DNA of 64,000 nucleotides from Perna viridis (Eukaryota): NCBI GenBank assembly GCA_037379345.1, contig CM074523.1, positions 12,654,551 to 12,718,550 of the forward strand, read 5' to 3'. Shown piece by piece: positions 1 to 12,792 of this stretch (position 1 is its first letter; each line of letters starts with the position of its first letter). The notes under the pieces were generated by a model. It saw only the letters and a program-made list of their open reading frames with translations, ran no database searches and was not told where the DNA came from. The position numbers and the translations under genes were made by a program.

Positions 1-1406
1 TGTTAAAAAAGTCACTTGCACTGGTATTAAAAACAGAATTTGAAAACATTTTGTGTCAACAAAAAGACAATTAATGAGTATTATGTATGGTAAGATTTAC
101 GATTTACTGTATAAACGAGATCTTTGGTGAAATGAGTGTTTAATCCGAAATAAAATGCGTTTATTGTAATTACATGAAAATATATAGTGAGTTTAAAACC
201 TTTTTTAGTGGGGTATTGGGCTTGTGGGAAGTTTATCCTATGCAATGACTGTATGAAATCAATAGAGATATTTTCATTCTGACATGATCTGTTGCCCACA
301 CCCATGGTTAGTTTAAGTTTTTCTTGAAGCAGCCGATCCGTCAGGATGTCAAAAATTTGTGTGCTATGCCATACAACAATATGTTTGATTTCTCTTTTTT
401 CCATACAATTTATATTTTGTCTGATAGAAATAAAGGCAGGTACCTTACCTTGTGGTAATGACTTGTTCGTGTGTTTTTAGAAACAAAATGTCAATTCGTA
501 AATCTTTTGGATTTTGATTTACTTAACACTGTACAACAGTGCCTTTATGTACGCACCGTTTTCTTACATTTGTGGATTTCGGTATTCCGTTCGAGTTATG
601 GTAATGATTTTTAACTATAAAAGTGAAAGCATGTTAATGAATGTATTTTAAATCAAATGATAAATGAAACGAATTCAATGAAATTATATATTATTTAACC
701 ACTGACTGGACAAAATTTCATTCTTAAATATGTATGTGTGTTAGAGAGAGAGAGAGAGATAGAGAAAGCAAACAGTTATAGTTTAATTTAATTTTATAAC
801 TTTTATTGTTTACAATGTATGTTTATCATTTTGTGTTTTAGATGAAGGATTTTAAAGAATATGCTTTGTCATATATAGGAAAAAATATATTCGTTTGAAA
901 CCCTGTTTGTACAACAATGTACACCTGGATACAGTCGGGTCTGTCTAATCTACCAGTAATACGTTATTTTAGTCCGTTTTTGTCAGTTTAATAATTATCT
1001 TTTCTTCAATTGCCTTTTTGTAGAACAAATTCAATGAAATGGTTTGTCATTTTACGTATGACTGATACTCCGATTTTAAATATGAATAATCAATAAATAG
1101 CTATAGGATTAAATCTGATGAAAAAAAAAATAACATCAAATGGTGTTTGTGAACTCATGCATATTTCTTATAGAAATAGGTACTTAAACCGTAAATTATC
1201 GAAAATGAAATAACGCTAGATCTTGAAAAATATTTAGACTAAGTAACAAACATAAATAAACTATACAAACACAAAATCGGAAGCCTATTATAAATCATCA
1301 AGATCTGCATTTCAATGTATTACGAAAATGTTTTAACAGAGAAGATCTATATACACGATCTAATCACCATATATAAATAATATTAAAAATTACCCATATG
1401 TTGAAG

Positions 1407-1470
<64 letters not shown>

Positions 1471-2362
1471 GAGGGCAGAGGGTCATTATCATGTTTGAGA
1501 TGAAAACATCATACCGGTCAATCCATTTGTGACTGACAACTAACAAAACCGTTCGTAGTACTGATATCAACAAAAAAAGGCTGAAAACTTCCAGTATCAA
1601 CTCTATACTAAAGAAACTCAGTATAATAGTCCTAAACACAAGAGTATTAGACCAACGGTCAAATTGATGATTACACGTGCTGGACATAGTGTTATATTGT
1701 CGGTAAGAAAGTCACCATCACGACATTTTGTTTATATCGAAAACAAGCGTTCTGCATGAGCTAAGTATTTTGTCTCTGTTATAGAGCAGATGTACGAGTA
1801 ATTTCTCTGATAATAACAAGCTCTTTTTATGTAGATAAGATGTATGTATATATCTCATTTATGTCATATAAATGGTGTTAATCATTGATAATTTCCAGAT
1901 AATGTTAATAAACGATGAGTAAGATTCCCTTTTTCGTAGAATTATATATCCGCATATTGTTTTGTTCACAACGAAGGCAACAACGATAGCTTAACTAAAA
2001 TGTGAATGTTACAAGGACTTTTCAGAACCAGTAGTACAGTTTTTATGAAAAAAAAAAAGAAGAAATATGTTGTTAAAAAGTCACTTAAGAACAAAATATC
2101 TGAATTGACATGTTTCTTTATCTATATAAAAACTTTAGAATTTTTAATAACATAGTGTCCATGCGTTATTTAAAATGTTAATGTAACTATGTACGTTCTG
2201 TACAACAAAATGTTACACCTTAAAACTTGACACGTAAGATTTCTTTTTATTTTAAAATGCATCACAAACATAATTTTAATCTTTTGTGTGAACTACAGAA
2301 ATTCAGAATAGATTAACATGTTACTTATAGAATAATAAATTTAAAAGAGTGAATAATCAATT
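1..2362. repeat. Segmental duplication, copy 1 (paralog of 9681-11814)
   Basis: Colinear near-identity with 9681-11814 from tgttaaaa.gtcacttgca to aataatcaatt, apart from two indels and different (GA)n lengths. Confidence 0.95.
1412..1467. repeat. (GA)n microsatellite (others at 743-766, 2592-2630, 6661-6725, 10564-10612, 10828-10897)
   Basis: Direct reading; these explain the SLSLSL/ERERER ORFs. Confidence 0.98.
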
Positions 2363-2591
2363 GATTATCATCTTCATATAAATATATATATTGCCTTAAT
2401 TATTCGTTGAAATTTTCAACATAAATTTTCATGTAGGTGAACTGCAGATTGATATTCGTGTTGTGACAATTTGGCGAGAGAAATTCCGAGGGTGAAATAA
2501 TTTACTTAACATTGTGAAATATCGATGTTTTTCTTTCACACAGGGAACACTGATGCTACACACTATATACAACACTCCTATTACTACATTT

Positions 2592-2623
<32 letters not shown>

Positions 2624-2952
2624 GGGAGAGATATCAAAACAAAATAAGCAAAATAAGATATCAATCTATGCTATTTTTAATTACGACAATGATTCTATTC
2701 ACGATATAAAGTTCATTCAAGCTTTGAACAATATATGAAATTTACGACATTTAAACAGTTAAGAAGAAATTTATCATTGGCCAAACAACAAAAATGATAG
2801 CATATTCAACAGACAAAGTCCCGAAAACTCTAACAGAAATACATAGCAATTATGTTTTATCAAAATAATCATTATTTAAACAAATAATGTAAAATAAAAT
2901 ATGTTCTCCTTTTTGTAAGTACCCGCAACACAGTAGGAGGACAGATCAGTCT

Positions 2953-3324
2953 CTACCAGTAGTTTTTTTTCCTCGTTGGTACTTGATTTAACAGAGGCAG
3001 TAGAAAGCACTCACCCTTGCATGATGTATTGCAGTGAGTATAATCTTTACAACCGCTACAAATACTTGCCGACATCATGGAAGAGTTCTTGCATATGAAA
3101 CTTTCGCATGGATGCACTCCGCTAAGGTAACTTCCGAAATCACAAAATCGGCAGCGATCGCATTGTTGCTGTAAATTTGCCATCACATTTTGCAGATAGT
3201 TTGCAGGTAAGGAAGGTCTTCGTGCTGTTTTCACTGACTTCAGGTTGACTTTGTTTTCAAAATGTTGACTATTGCAAATTGCAGTTAAAGCAACAACATA
3301 AATGTAAGCACAAGCATGAACCAT
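2953..3324 (-). CDS. Secreted cysteine-rich peptide precursor, 123 aa (signal peptide, pro-region, 10-Cys domain)
   Basis: ATG in an AAAATGG context; hydrophobic N-terminus MVHACAYIYVVALTAICNS; Cys spacing C-x2-C-x2-C-x11-C-x4-C-x10-C-x2-C-x5-C-x3-C-x3-C; GC content higher than the flanks; flanks conserved in the paralog at 7326-7530. Confidence 0.8.
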   Translation of the reverse strand: MVHACAYIYVVALTAICNSQHFENKVNLKSVKTARRPSLPANYLQNVMANLQQQCDRCRFCDFGSYLSGVHPCESFICKNSSMMSASICSGCKDYTHCNTSCKGECFLLPLLNQVPTRKKNYW

Positions 3325-3632
3325 TTTGTCGACGTTTTTGTAACAGGAATACGCTTCTAGTATTCAAGGGGTATTCTAGGTATCAGCTGTAAACTTCTGC
3401 TTTGCTATTGAGAACACAGGAATAATCTTTAAATACTATATGGACAAACCTTTGCGCATGTCCGTAGGTCAATTAAAAAAGAAAAATTAGCCTTTACAAA
3501 CATTTCAATGAATTTAAAAAAATATATATAAATTCGTAATTTTTATTATTTGATATTAAGAGTATTTCTGTTTCAGTATTCAGCGCAAAAAAAAGAAATA
3601 AAATAATAATGTTGACAAAACTTTTTTATTAT

Positions 3633-3758
3633 CCGGCAATAAAGTTTGGCTTTAGTAATAGTTTTACCGGAATACCGGCAATAAAGTTTGGCTTTAGTAA
3701 TAGTTTTACCGGAATACCGGCAATAAAGTTTGGCTTTAGTAATAGTTTTACCGGAATA
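3633..3758. repeat. Perfect 42-bp tandem repeat x3
   Basis: ccggcaataaagtttggctttagtaatagttttaccggaata at 3633, 3675 and 3717. Confidence 0.97.
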
Positions 3759-3982
3759 GAAGATTAATAACCAAACTGAAAAAAAAATATTTAATAATAT
3801 ATTGACCGACAGCTCACAAATTAAAGTACCCAAACAAAATGTTATTTCCTCTACATCCGAAAATTGGTACCACGAAATTAAATGAAACCACAGTACAATG
3901 CACCAATAAATTGTATAACACGAACTTAAAAAGTTTTTTTTTCATTTCCCAAGTACTATATATTTTTTAGGACAGACAGGTA

Positions 3983-4060
3983 CTTAACCTTGTGTTTGTA
4001 TATATATATACAACATGACAAAATGAATTGTGTAACACACAGCTTTCAAATAAATCCTAT
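3983..4060 (-). other. Probable non-coding first exon and splice donor of the 10-Cys peptide gene
   Basis: Minus strand CACAAG|GTTAAG (intron starts at 3988); candidate acceptor TTTACAG ending at 3387; the same donor motif recurs at 448, 7824, 8550 and 10127. The 5' boundary is approximate. Confidence 0.5.
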
Positions 4061-4773
4061 TGATGAATATATCAATCCATCTCAGGTAAAATGATATTGT
4101 ACTTTTTGAGAAATATTACAAAAACACCACTTCAAACCTTTTACAAACCGAAACAGTTACGTCTGTCTAATACATCAACATTGCGTTTTGTTTTTAATTC
4201 CAGATTACAAATTGAATGTTCGAGAGGTTTACAATTATCTTATCATAAACGATCCATGTCAAGTGAATTCAATAAAACTAATGAGGTTAAAAAGTCGTAA
4301 TTCTTAAATCTGATTGTAACAAAAAACATAAAAGCATGTTTTTTAAATCATGCTTGATTTTAAAAACATAAATTGAAACTTCATTAGTTATATTTTTCAC
4401 GTAAATAAATGGGTTTTGAAATAATATCATGAAAATAAAATAAATTAATTATTTAATATAGAGAATAAAGTAAATAGAATATACAAACACACAAAATATA
4501 AAAGAAAACAAACGAAATACACAATAAATAAGAAACAAAATCCAAAACAAAAACAAAGTGAAAAAAAAAAACAACACAAAAGACAAATCGTCAAAATTTA
4601 AGGACAATTCAAAGTTATTTGAGTCGACATTTAATGTAGACATTACATTTTTCATGGGTAATTATTTTGTGTTATCTTCAAACTGATAAAGATATATCAC
4701 TTTTTTTCAATTGAATTGCTGTTTTCAAAATGATTGAAAAGAAATATATTTAAAACTATTGAAGTGATTTTTT

Positions 4774-4918
4774 TGCTCATTTGCTTTTGTTACTTTGTAT
4801 GTGCTATTTTAGTTACTTTATCCTTGTGTTGCGTGTGTCTGTTTTCCATGTCTGGTTTTTGTCCCTGAATTACATTATTTTGATTTCTGCTAGAACCTTG
4901 GCTCTCTTGATTACTCTC
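4774..4918 (+). mobile_element. Penelope-like (Naiad-type) 3' fragment
   Basis: Matches the 3' non-coding part of the 22186-22742 copy. Confidence 0.75.
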
Positions 4919-5259
4919 ATATAAAAATGTGTATGGTAAAAAAAAACAAATATTTACTATAAAAAAGACTTCTTTTTCGGGTATTATTAGTGGGCAAATG
5001 TTTTATAGAAATAAACTGGGCTTTCGGAATAAAAAAGAAAAAAATCAATCTATAGGGAATTCAATATATTTTTTTTAAAATTTGCGAATTAGTGAAAATT
5101 CTGCACATATTAAGCATTTTAAGTTTGTCATTATTGTGTCTTTGTGTCGTTAGTTTATTTTAAAGAAGTGTCATTGTCCTGTTACCCCCACTGTTTTTTT
5201 TTTGGGGGGGGTGCGTTTCACCATATCCTTTCTATTATAATTACCTGATCCCTGCTATA

Positions 5260-5260
<1 letters not shown>

Positions 5261-5291
<31 letters not shown>
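5261..5291. repeat. (TA)n microsatellite
   Basis: Direct reading. Confidence 0.98.
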
Positions 5292-5295
<4 letters not shown>

Positions 5296-5585
5296 GTCTG
5301 AAAAATTCCCAACGATGTTAGAACTGTCCAATTTACAACGCAAATATTTGGTCGTTCCCTCCGCGGGACTCGAACTCGTACCGCTGTGACATTCATGGCA
5401 ACACCGCCTGCGGTAAGTCCAGCGCCCTAAACCACTCGGCCAGCTAGGCTATATTCAAATATAGCTTTCGCTGGCCGGGTCATTCCTCCTTGTAGGATTA
5501 ATCTAGGGTTGTAACTTAGTACACGATATATGGTAGTACGGGACAGTTCATCTAGGTGTTATTATATAGGGTAGAGGATCAAATT
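5292..5585 (-). mobile_element. Interspersed repeat with an internal tRNA(Leu/Ser)-like cassette
   Basis: Minus strand 5354-5449 has an A-box TGGCCGAGTGG and a B-box GAGTTCGAGTCC but no intact cloverleaf; a second copy lies at 60361-60652. Confidence 0.75.
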
Positions 5586-5864
5586 AAAAAAAACAAACAC
5601 TTTATACATGTAATACAATGTATACGTATAGACATCTGTACAATAATGTATAAGTATGTTGATCAAATATCATGACAGAAAAAAAGTTCATAGCTATCAC
5701 GTCAATAGAGATATTTTTATTATGTCATGAACTGCCAGTCATACAAATTTATTATTCGTTTTTGTCTTAAATGCATTCATTAATATTTACGTTACAAATT
5801 ATATTCAAGTGGTAGTTGGCGCCTTTCCTCTTGACCAGTGATATTCATACCAGACAGAGGCAGC

Positions 5865-6210
5865 TAAAAAAACATCACTACAGAAGTTTTATAGTCGCCA
5901 TCAGGAACTCGTGGATCGTTACGATGTATCCCTCTGCACCATGAAAACTGATTTGTTCATCGTGTCATAGTTTTCTTTTCTATTTCCGTCTACCCCGGAC
6001 TTGACTTTTTATGAGCAACTCGACGGGTGTTTCTAAAAAGCAGAGGACGTTTACCCTACCGGTGCACCTGGTCTATGCTCACATATGTTTCTCATTTGTT
6101 TTTGTTACTTTGTATGCATTATTTTTGTTACTTAATGTTGTTTGATGTGTATGTCTGTTTTCCATGTTTGGTCTTTGTCCCTGGATTGCTTTCTGTTGAT
6201 TTCCGAATAA
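5865..6210 (+). mobile_element. Penelope-like (Naiad-type) fragment, RT C-terminus plus 3' region
   Basis: Translates to ..SLQKFYSRHQELVDRYDVSLCTMKTDLF..; shares the 3' non-coding sequence. Confidence 0.85.
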
Positions 6211-6659
6211 TCAAATTTACAAATTATTTTCTTAAGAAAGCTTCTTTTATTACCCAGGGTTCCGTGTAAACATTTTAACTGTATACGAATATTAGACTTA
6301 ATCTTCATTTCAAAAGTCGATCCGACAAGATGTGTAGATGACCGATGATAAACTGTGAGCAAGTGTTTTGCATCTATCTTTTCAACGTCACGTTTGTCGT
6401 CATTTTCATAATATTCATATTCTAATATTATTGTCTGTAGTATGATAACCACCAACAAGCAGCATGAAATATGTTTACAATATAACAATATAATTCGTCT
6501 TGTAAATAAAAAGAACTGCGGTCGTTTACTTGACCTGATGTACTACATGATTTTGACTGATGGGTATGTCTTACATCACAAATTACGGTTTTTATGTGTA
6601 TTTGCAAAATACAATAAAAGGGGTTCCACTGAAATGATAGTGGGATATATACCGACGTC

Positions 6660-6728
<69 letters not shown>

Positions 6729-7325
6729 TAACATAAGATACACACATATGACTAGTTTATAATGAATTTAAAGGGCGTTATTTACATCTTTTTTTCTAAC
6801 ATGTTGTTATAAGATTAAACAGCTATTTTCGGTCGTTCATGCATCTACCAAAGGATCTCGGAGCTCCCAAACTCAATGAACGACTGAAAATACGAAACTA
6901 GCTGTTTAATCTTTACAATTCTATCCGACATTCGGGAATCATTTTTTTCTGAAATGTGTTGAACCGGTAAATGTATTTATAGAATCCAGTTCTGGCACAC
7001 TTTAATTTTGGAGCGAATTTATTTGTAGTTAGATTTATAAGTTTCTTTCCCCTAGCTGAAAATTACATTCTATTAGTATGAAATTTCTGGCAAAGACGTT
7101 CTCGACCAATCAAAAACGGCTTTAGCATTACGAATTTTTTGATTAGAATTATTGAACAATAATGAACGATATATGAACCTTGTTAACAGAAATAATAGCA
7201 GAATTATACACAAACGGTTTCCGCTATGCAATTGAATTATTTTGTAACGAAACAATCAGTGTATAACTTTTACACTATGTAAACTAATCCTCTCTATTCT
7301 TTGTTACATGCAAAGCAGTGAGATC

Positions 7326-7530
7326 ACAGATCAGTCTCTACCAATAGTAATTAACATGTAGACAACAACACCAACAACTTTGTCGATGTTCTGGTGACAG
7401 AAAGTTGTTTCTTGATTTTAGAAGTCATTTTGCAGGTATAAAACATTTTTTTTGCTTTTCAGAACATTGCTATAAACTGTAATTAAAATACTCTATAGAA
7501 AAACACATAAGTATGTCTATGGGTCAATGA
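7326..7530 (-). pseudogene. Collapsed paralog of the 10-Cys peptide gene
   Basis: Retains TGG TAG agactgatctgt at the stop and tcgacaaa at the start. The ATG is changed to GTT and only 41 bp (7338-7378) remain of the 372-bp CDS. Confidence 0.75.
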
Positions 7531-8105
7531 AAGAGAAAAATCAGCGGTTATCGAACGTACAAATGTTATCTTATGAAAACAGATGAAAGTAAATAATATC
7601 TTATGTGTTTTTTATTCAAGGCAAAGATAAAGGAAAACGATAACATGAAGAGATTAAAAATCCAAAGGTTGTGTTCTAATCTGATCCGAACTTAAAATAC
7701 ATACATATCGTACAGGCGAAATACACACACAAAGAAACAAACAGAGAGAGAGCGAGAGAGAGAGAGTCGAAACATCTCTGCATATATATATTTTGTCTGA
7801 TTGAGAGAATGGCAGATACCTGACCTTGTGGTTGTGAGATATATCTATGTCACTATGAATTGATTGCATAAAGTATTGTATAACATAGGGATTTTAATTC
7901 TTAATTATGAATAAATCTAGTCCAGCTAACTCCATCTCTCATCGTGCTCATCCGTCTTTCTATGACCTTACTAATGATTTGTTCAGTGGTTTTGGGGAAC
8001 AAAAAATCTATTTGTAAATGATTTGGATTATGATTTTTATAACATTATAGAACAGTGTATTTATGTAAGCACCGCTTCCCTATATTTGTGGATTTTGGTA
8101 CTCCG

Positions 8106-8485
8106 AAGATTGAAGTCATCACTACAGAAGCTTTATGGTCGTCTTCATGAACTCGTGGATCGTTATGGTGTATCCATCAGCACCATGAAAACTGATTTAT
8201 TCAACAGGTCATAGTTTTCCTTTCCTCGTTTGTCTACACCGGACTTGACTTTTTATGAGCAAATCGGCGGGTGTTTCTAGAAAAGCAGAAGACCTTACCC
8301 TACCGGTGCACCTGGTCCATGTTTCCAGTTTTTAGTGGCGTCCGTGTTCCTCATTTACTTTTGTTACTTTGTATGTATGCTTTTACCGTATGTTCTTTGT
8401 TGTGTATGTCTGTTTTCCATGTCTGGTCTTTGTCGCTGGATTACATTCTTTTGATTACCGCTATAACCTTGTTTCCCTTGATTAT
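8106..8485 (+). mobile_element. Penelope-like (Naiad-type) fragment
   Basis: RLKSSLQKLYGRLHELVDRYGVSISTMKTDLFNRS* followed by the shared 3' region. Confidence 0.9.
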
Positions 8486-9050
8486 TCATTCATCTTTATC
8501 TTCCAATTGTCAAAAAAATGTGTGTTAGACCACAAAACAAGGTACCTGACCTTGTAGTTATGAGTTATAATAGTGTTTTTTTTTTATATAAAAGTGAAAG
8601 CATGCTAATGAATGCACTTTAAAAACAAACGAGGAATTGAACATATAAAATACAATTGTTTTATAGTAAGAAGAGTAAAGATAAAATATCAATGTGTTTT
8701 CCAATATCATTGAAATCAAAGCAATATTCTGCAGACCCAAACTTTGATCAATGACACAAAAAACGCAGTTTAAGCAAATATGTCAAATTGAAACTTTACT
8801 GTTCTATTCAATTGTAAAACTTAATTTTATAGCTTTTATCACATACGATGTATATTTATCATTTTGTGTTTAAAATGAAGAATGTTGAAGAATAGGCTTC
8901 GTCATATACAGAAAAAAAGACTTTGGTTTAAAACAAAATATTAACAAGATGCTATATCAGAAAAGGCACCTTTTTCGTTGAATTATCAACCTGCATATTG
9001 TTTTGTTCATAATGAAAGTTACAAGACAGCAAAACTAAATGTGAATGTTA

Positions 9051-9568
9051 TTTGTTTGTTTGTTTGTTGGGGTTTAACGTCCGAGTAGCAATATTTTAGC
9101 TATATTCAGACGATGAACATGGAAATGATGATAAAATGAACATGAAATGAAGATGAAATGAAAAGGGGATGGACACAAGGACAATGGAGTCGACAAATTT
9201 TGATTGCCACTGGAAATAGGGAGAGATGGGTAGGGTCGGACAATTTAGCCTCCTGTAGCGGAGCCCTATGTTTCCTACTCCAGGAGAATACCACAGTAGG
9301 GTTCTTTAACTTGTGAGGAATGTGGCATCTTTCCCATTAGGGTGCACCACTATGGTTTGCAGTCAGGTTTTCCGTATTATTGCCTGACAACCCCAGCATG
9401 TAATACGCCAGGGGTACCCATTTAACCACCTGGGGTACACATCCCAATTGCTCTGTGCGCAGAGCGCCCTAGCCCCGGCTAGGTTCCTGAGCACTATATA
9501 GTCGCCTTTTACGACAAGCTTAGAGTTGCTGCAGGCATATCATTTTAACACCCGGACCTGCACGGGGC
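9051..9568 (-). mobile_element. SINE-like retroposon, copy 1, full length, with 14-bp TSD
   Basis: TSD aaatgtgaatgtta at 9037-9050 and 9569-9582; (CAAA)n tail; homologous to 36774-37288 and 54542-55042; empty site in the paralog at 1998-2011. Confidence 0.93.
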
Positions 9569-9680
9569 AAATGTGAATGTTAAAAGGACTTTATAAAACT
9601 AATTATGCAATTTCAGATAATAATGTGATCTCTTTAATACAGCTCCTTCTAATAATTTATGAAAGAAATAAGAAACATGT

Positions 9681-10563
9681 TGTTAAAATGTCACTTGCAT
9701 TGGTATTAAAAACAGAATTTGAAAACATTTTGTGTCAACAAAAAGACAATTAATGAATACTATGTATGTTAAGATTTACGATTTACTGTATAAACGAGAT
9801 CTTTGGTGAAATGAGTGTTTAATCCGAAATAAAATGCGTTTATTGTAATTACATGAAAATATATAGTGAGTTTGAAACCTTCTTAAATGGGGTATTGGGC
9901 AAGTGGGAAGTTTATCCCATGCAAGGACGGTATGAAATCAATAGAGATATTTTCATTCTGACATGATCTGTTGCCCACACCCATGGTTAGTTTAAGTTTT
10001 TCTTGAAGCAGCCGATCCGTCTGGATGTCAAAAATTTGTGTGTTATGCCATACAACAATATGTTTGATTTCTCTTTTTTCGATACAATTTATATTTTGTC
10101 TGATAGAAGTAAAGGTAGGTACCTTACCTTGTGGTTATGAGATATATTTATTTCACCTAGATGTGAAATTGATTGCACAAAAAGTTTTGTGTAACATCAG
10201 GCTTAGAAGTGTTAATTATGAATAAATTTAGTCCATGTAGCCCCATCCCTCACTGTTCTCATCTGTCTTTATATGACTAATGACTTGTTGGTGTGTTTTG
10301 GGAACAAAATATCAATTCGTAAATATTTTGGATTTTGATTTATTTAACACTGTACAACAGTGCCTTTATGTACTCACCGTTTTCTTACATTTGTGGATTT
10401 CAGTATTCCGTTCGAGTTATGATAGTGATTTTTAACTATAAAAGTGAAACCATGTTAATGAATGTATTTTAAATCAAATGATGAATGAAACAAATTCAAT
10501 GAAATTATATGTTATTTAATCCAATGACTGGACAAAATTCTATTCTTAAATATATATGTGTGT

Positions 10564-10613
<50 letters not shown>

Positions 10614-10824
10614 AAATATTTATAGTTATGTTTTTTTTTCTATAAAAGTCAAAGTATGTTAACAAATGTACTTTTTTTTTGATGAACAAGCGTATTCGTG
10701 TTTTCAAAACGTCTACAAAATGAATGTATTACGGAAATGTTTTAACAGAGACGATCTAAGCACACGACCTAAACACCATATATAAATAATATTAAAAATT
10801 ACCCATATGTAGAAAAAACACACA

Positions 10825-10899
<75 letters not shown>

Positions 10900-11814
10900 G
10901 GCGGGGGTCATTATCCTGTGTGAGATGAAAACATCATACCGGCATTTGTGAGTGAAAATTAACAAAATCGTTCGTAGTACTGATATCTACTAAAAAGGCT
11001 GAAAACTTCCCTGTCTCAGAAGCGTTTTTGTTTTTGTTTTATTCAGTATCAACTCTATACTAAAGAAACTCAGTATGATAGTCCTAAACACAACAGTATC
11101 AGACCAACGTCAAATTGATGATTACACGTGCTGGGCATAGTGTTATGTTGTCGGTAAGAAAGTCACCATCACGACATTTTGTTTATATCGAAAACAAGCG
11201 TTCTGCATGAGCTAAGTATTTTGTCTCTGTCATAGAGCAGATGTATGAGTAATTTCTCTGATAATAACAAGCTATTTTTATGTAGATAAGATGTATGTAT
11301 ATATCTCATTTATGTCATATAAATGGTGTTAATCATTGCTAATTTTCAGATAATGTTAATAAACGATGAGTAAGATTCCCTTTTTCGTAGAATTATATAT
11401 CCGCATATTGTTTTGTTCACAACGAAGGCTACAACGATAGCTTAACTTAAATGTTAATGTTACAAGGACTTTCCAGAACCAGTAGTACAGTTTTTATGAA
11501 AAAAAAAGAAGAAAGATGTTGTTAAAAAGTCACTTAAGAACAAAATATCTGAATTGACATGCTTCTTTATCTATATAAAAACTTTAGAATTTTTAATAAC
11601 ATAATGTCCATGCGTTATTTAAAATGTTAATGCAACTATGTACGTTCTGTACAACAAAATGTTACACCTTAAAACTTGACATGTAAGGTTTTTTTTTTTA
11701 ATTTGAAAATGCATCACATACATAATTGTAATTTTTTGTGTAAACTACAGAAGTTCAGAATAGATTAATATGTTACTTATAGAATAATAAATTTAAAAGA
11801 GTGAATAATCAATT
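9681..11814. repeat. Segmental duplication, copy 2 (paralog of 1-2362)
   Basis: Colinear near-identity; ends next to a (GT)n tract at 11825-11856. Confidence 0.95.
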
Positions 11815-11822
11815 ATATATAT

Positions 11823-11860
<38 letters not shown>

Positions 11861-12792
11861 TATTTGTTATTAATATATGTGTGTATGTATTGAATAATAA
11901 ATTATTGAAGTGTTTCATGAGACATCATCAGAGTTTGAAACAAGATTTTTTTCTCTTTTTGTAAAGAACATGTTTTTTTACGGTTACTGTCAACCTTGTG
12001 CACAAAACGTTTAAAATCACAATTTTTCCAACTCTAAGTTATTATCGCCGTATCATTAACCATCTGTATTATGAAAAGACTGAAATAACTTGTTTTAAAA
12101 TGCACAACAACATGTGTTTTGCTCTTACTGGTTCTATATCGGTGTTTTAATTTCTTGCCCCTTTTATACAGGGTTGTCAAAGGATGACTTTCACGAGTAG
12201 GTGAATGACCTACAAAAATGGGTGATTGTCCTTAATGATATTGACACTGCTGTTTCGAAATGATTCAATGTTTTATGTTATGTTTTATGTCATGAATTCG
12301 ATGACCTACTTTCCCAAAGAATATTTATAAGTAGGTTGTAGTCAGTCATCCATTCATTCACTTTATGACCTTCAAAAGAGCGGTTTGTTTTTTAATGGTC
12401 ACATAGCTATTTTGAGGGAATTACTCACTTTTAATGTCAATAGGTCGTAAATCTGTTCGTACTCAATGACTCTGTTTTCCTTGCAAATCTTTGGATTTTA
12501 GCTGCAGTAAGGTCATTTACACCTAAATGACATTTTAAAGAAGTGAAGGATGACCAGGTATGTCGGAATGACTCATGTTTCAATATTGTGAGGCAATGAA
12601 ATCTTTAGTACTCATAACATGTAAAAATTATAAACCCCATATCATTTATTTGAGTTTGATATCATAATATTTATTGATAATGATCGCTTAATTTTTTCGG
12701 GTGTTGTTCTTCCGATCATCATTTATAAACCCCATTACACTTTGGAGCGGTTAAGAATTATGACCCCCATTCTCTGTATTGGGGTTTTGGGT

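Larger units (their letters stand above)
7815..9696. repeat. Older diverged copy of the first-exon/upstream module (paralog of about 440-2086 and 10118-11534)
   Basis: Shared blocks in the same order (tataaaagtgaaagcatg; tttatcattttgtgtt; gcatattgttttgttca; tgttgttaaaa.gtcactt), interrupted by two insertions. Confidence 0.8.

Noticed and set aside
81-404. 107-aa minus-strand ORF
   Set aside because: It lies in presumed intron sequence; the duplicate copy has lost the ATG and gained an earlier stop; no recognisable domain.
3573-3833. ORF with YSGKTITKAKLYCR repeats; also considered as a CRISPR-like array
   Set aside because: It is only the 42-bp tandem repeat, with no spacers and a eukaryotic context.
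5354-5449. Possible tRNA gene
   Set aside because: A and B boxes are present but the acceptor stem does not pair and the middle is too long; it is part of an interspersed repeat.
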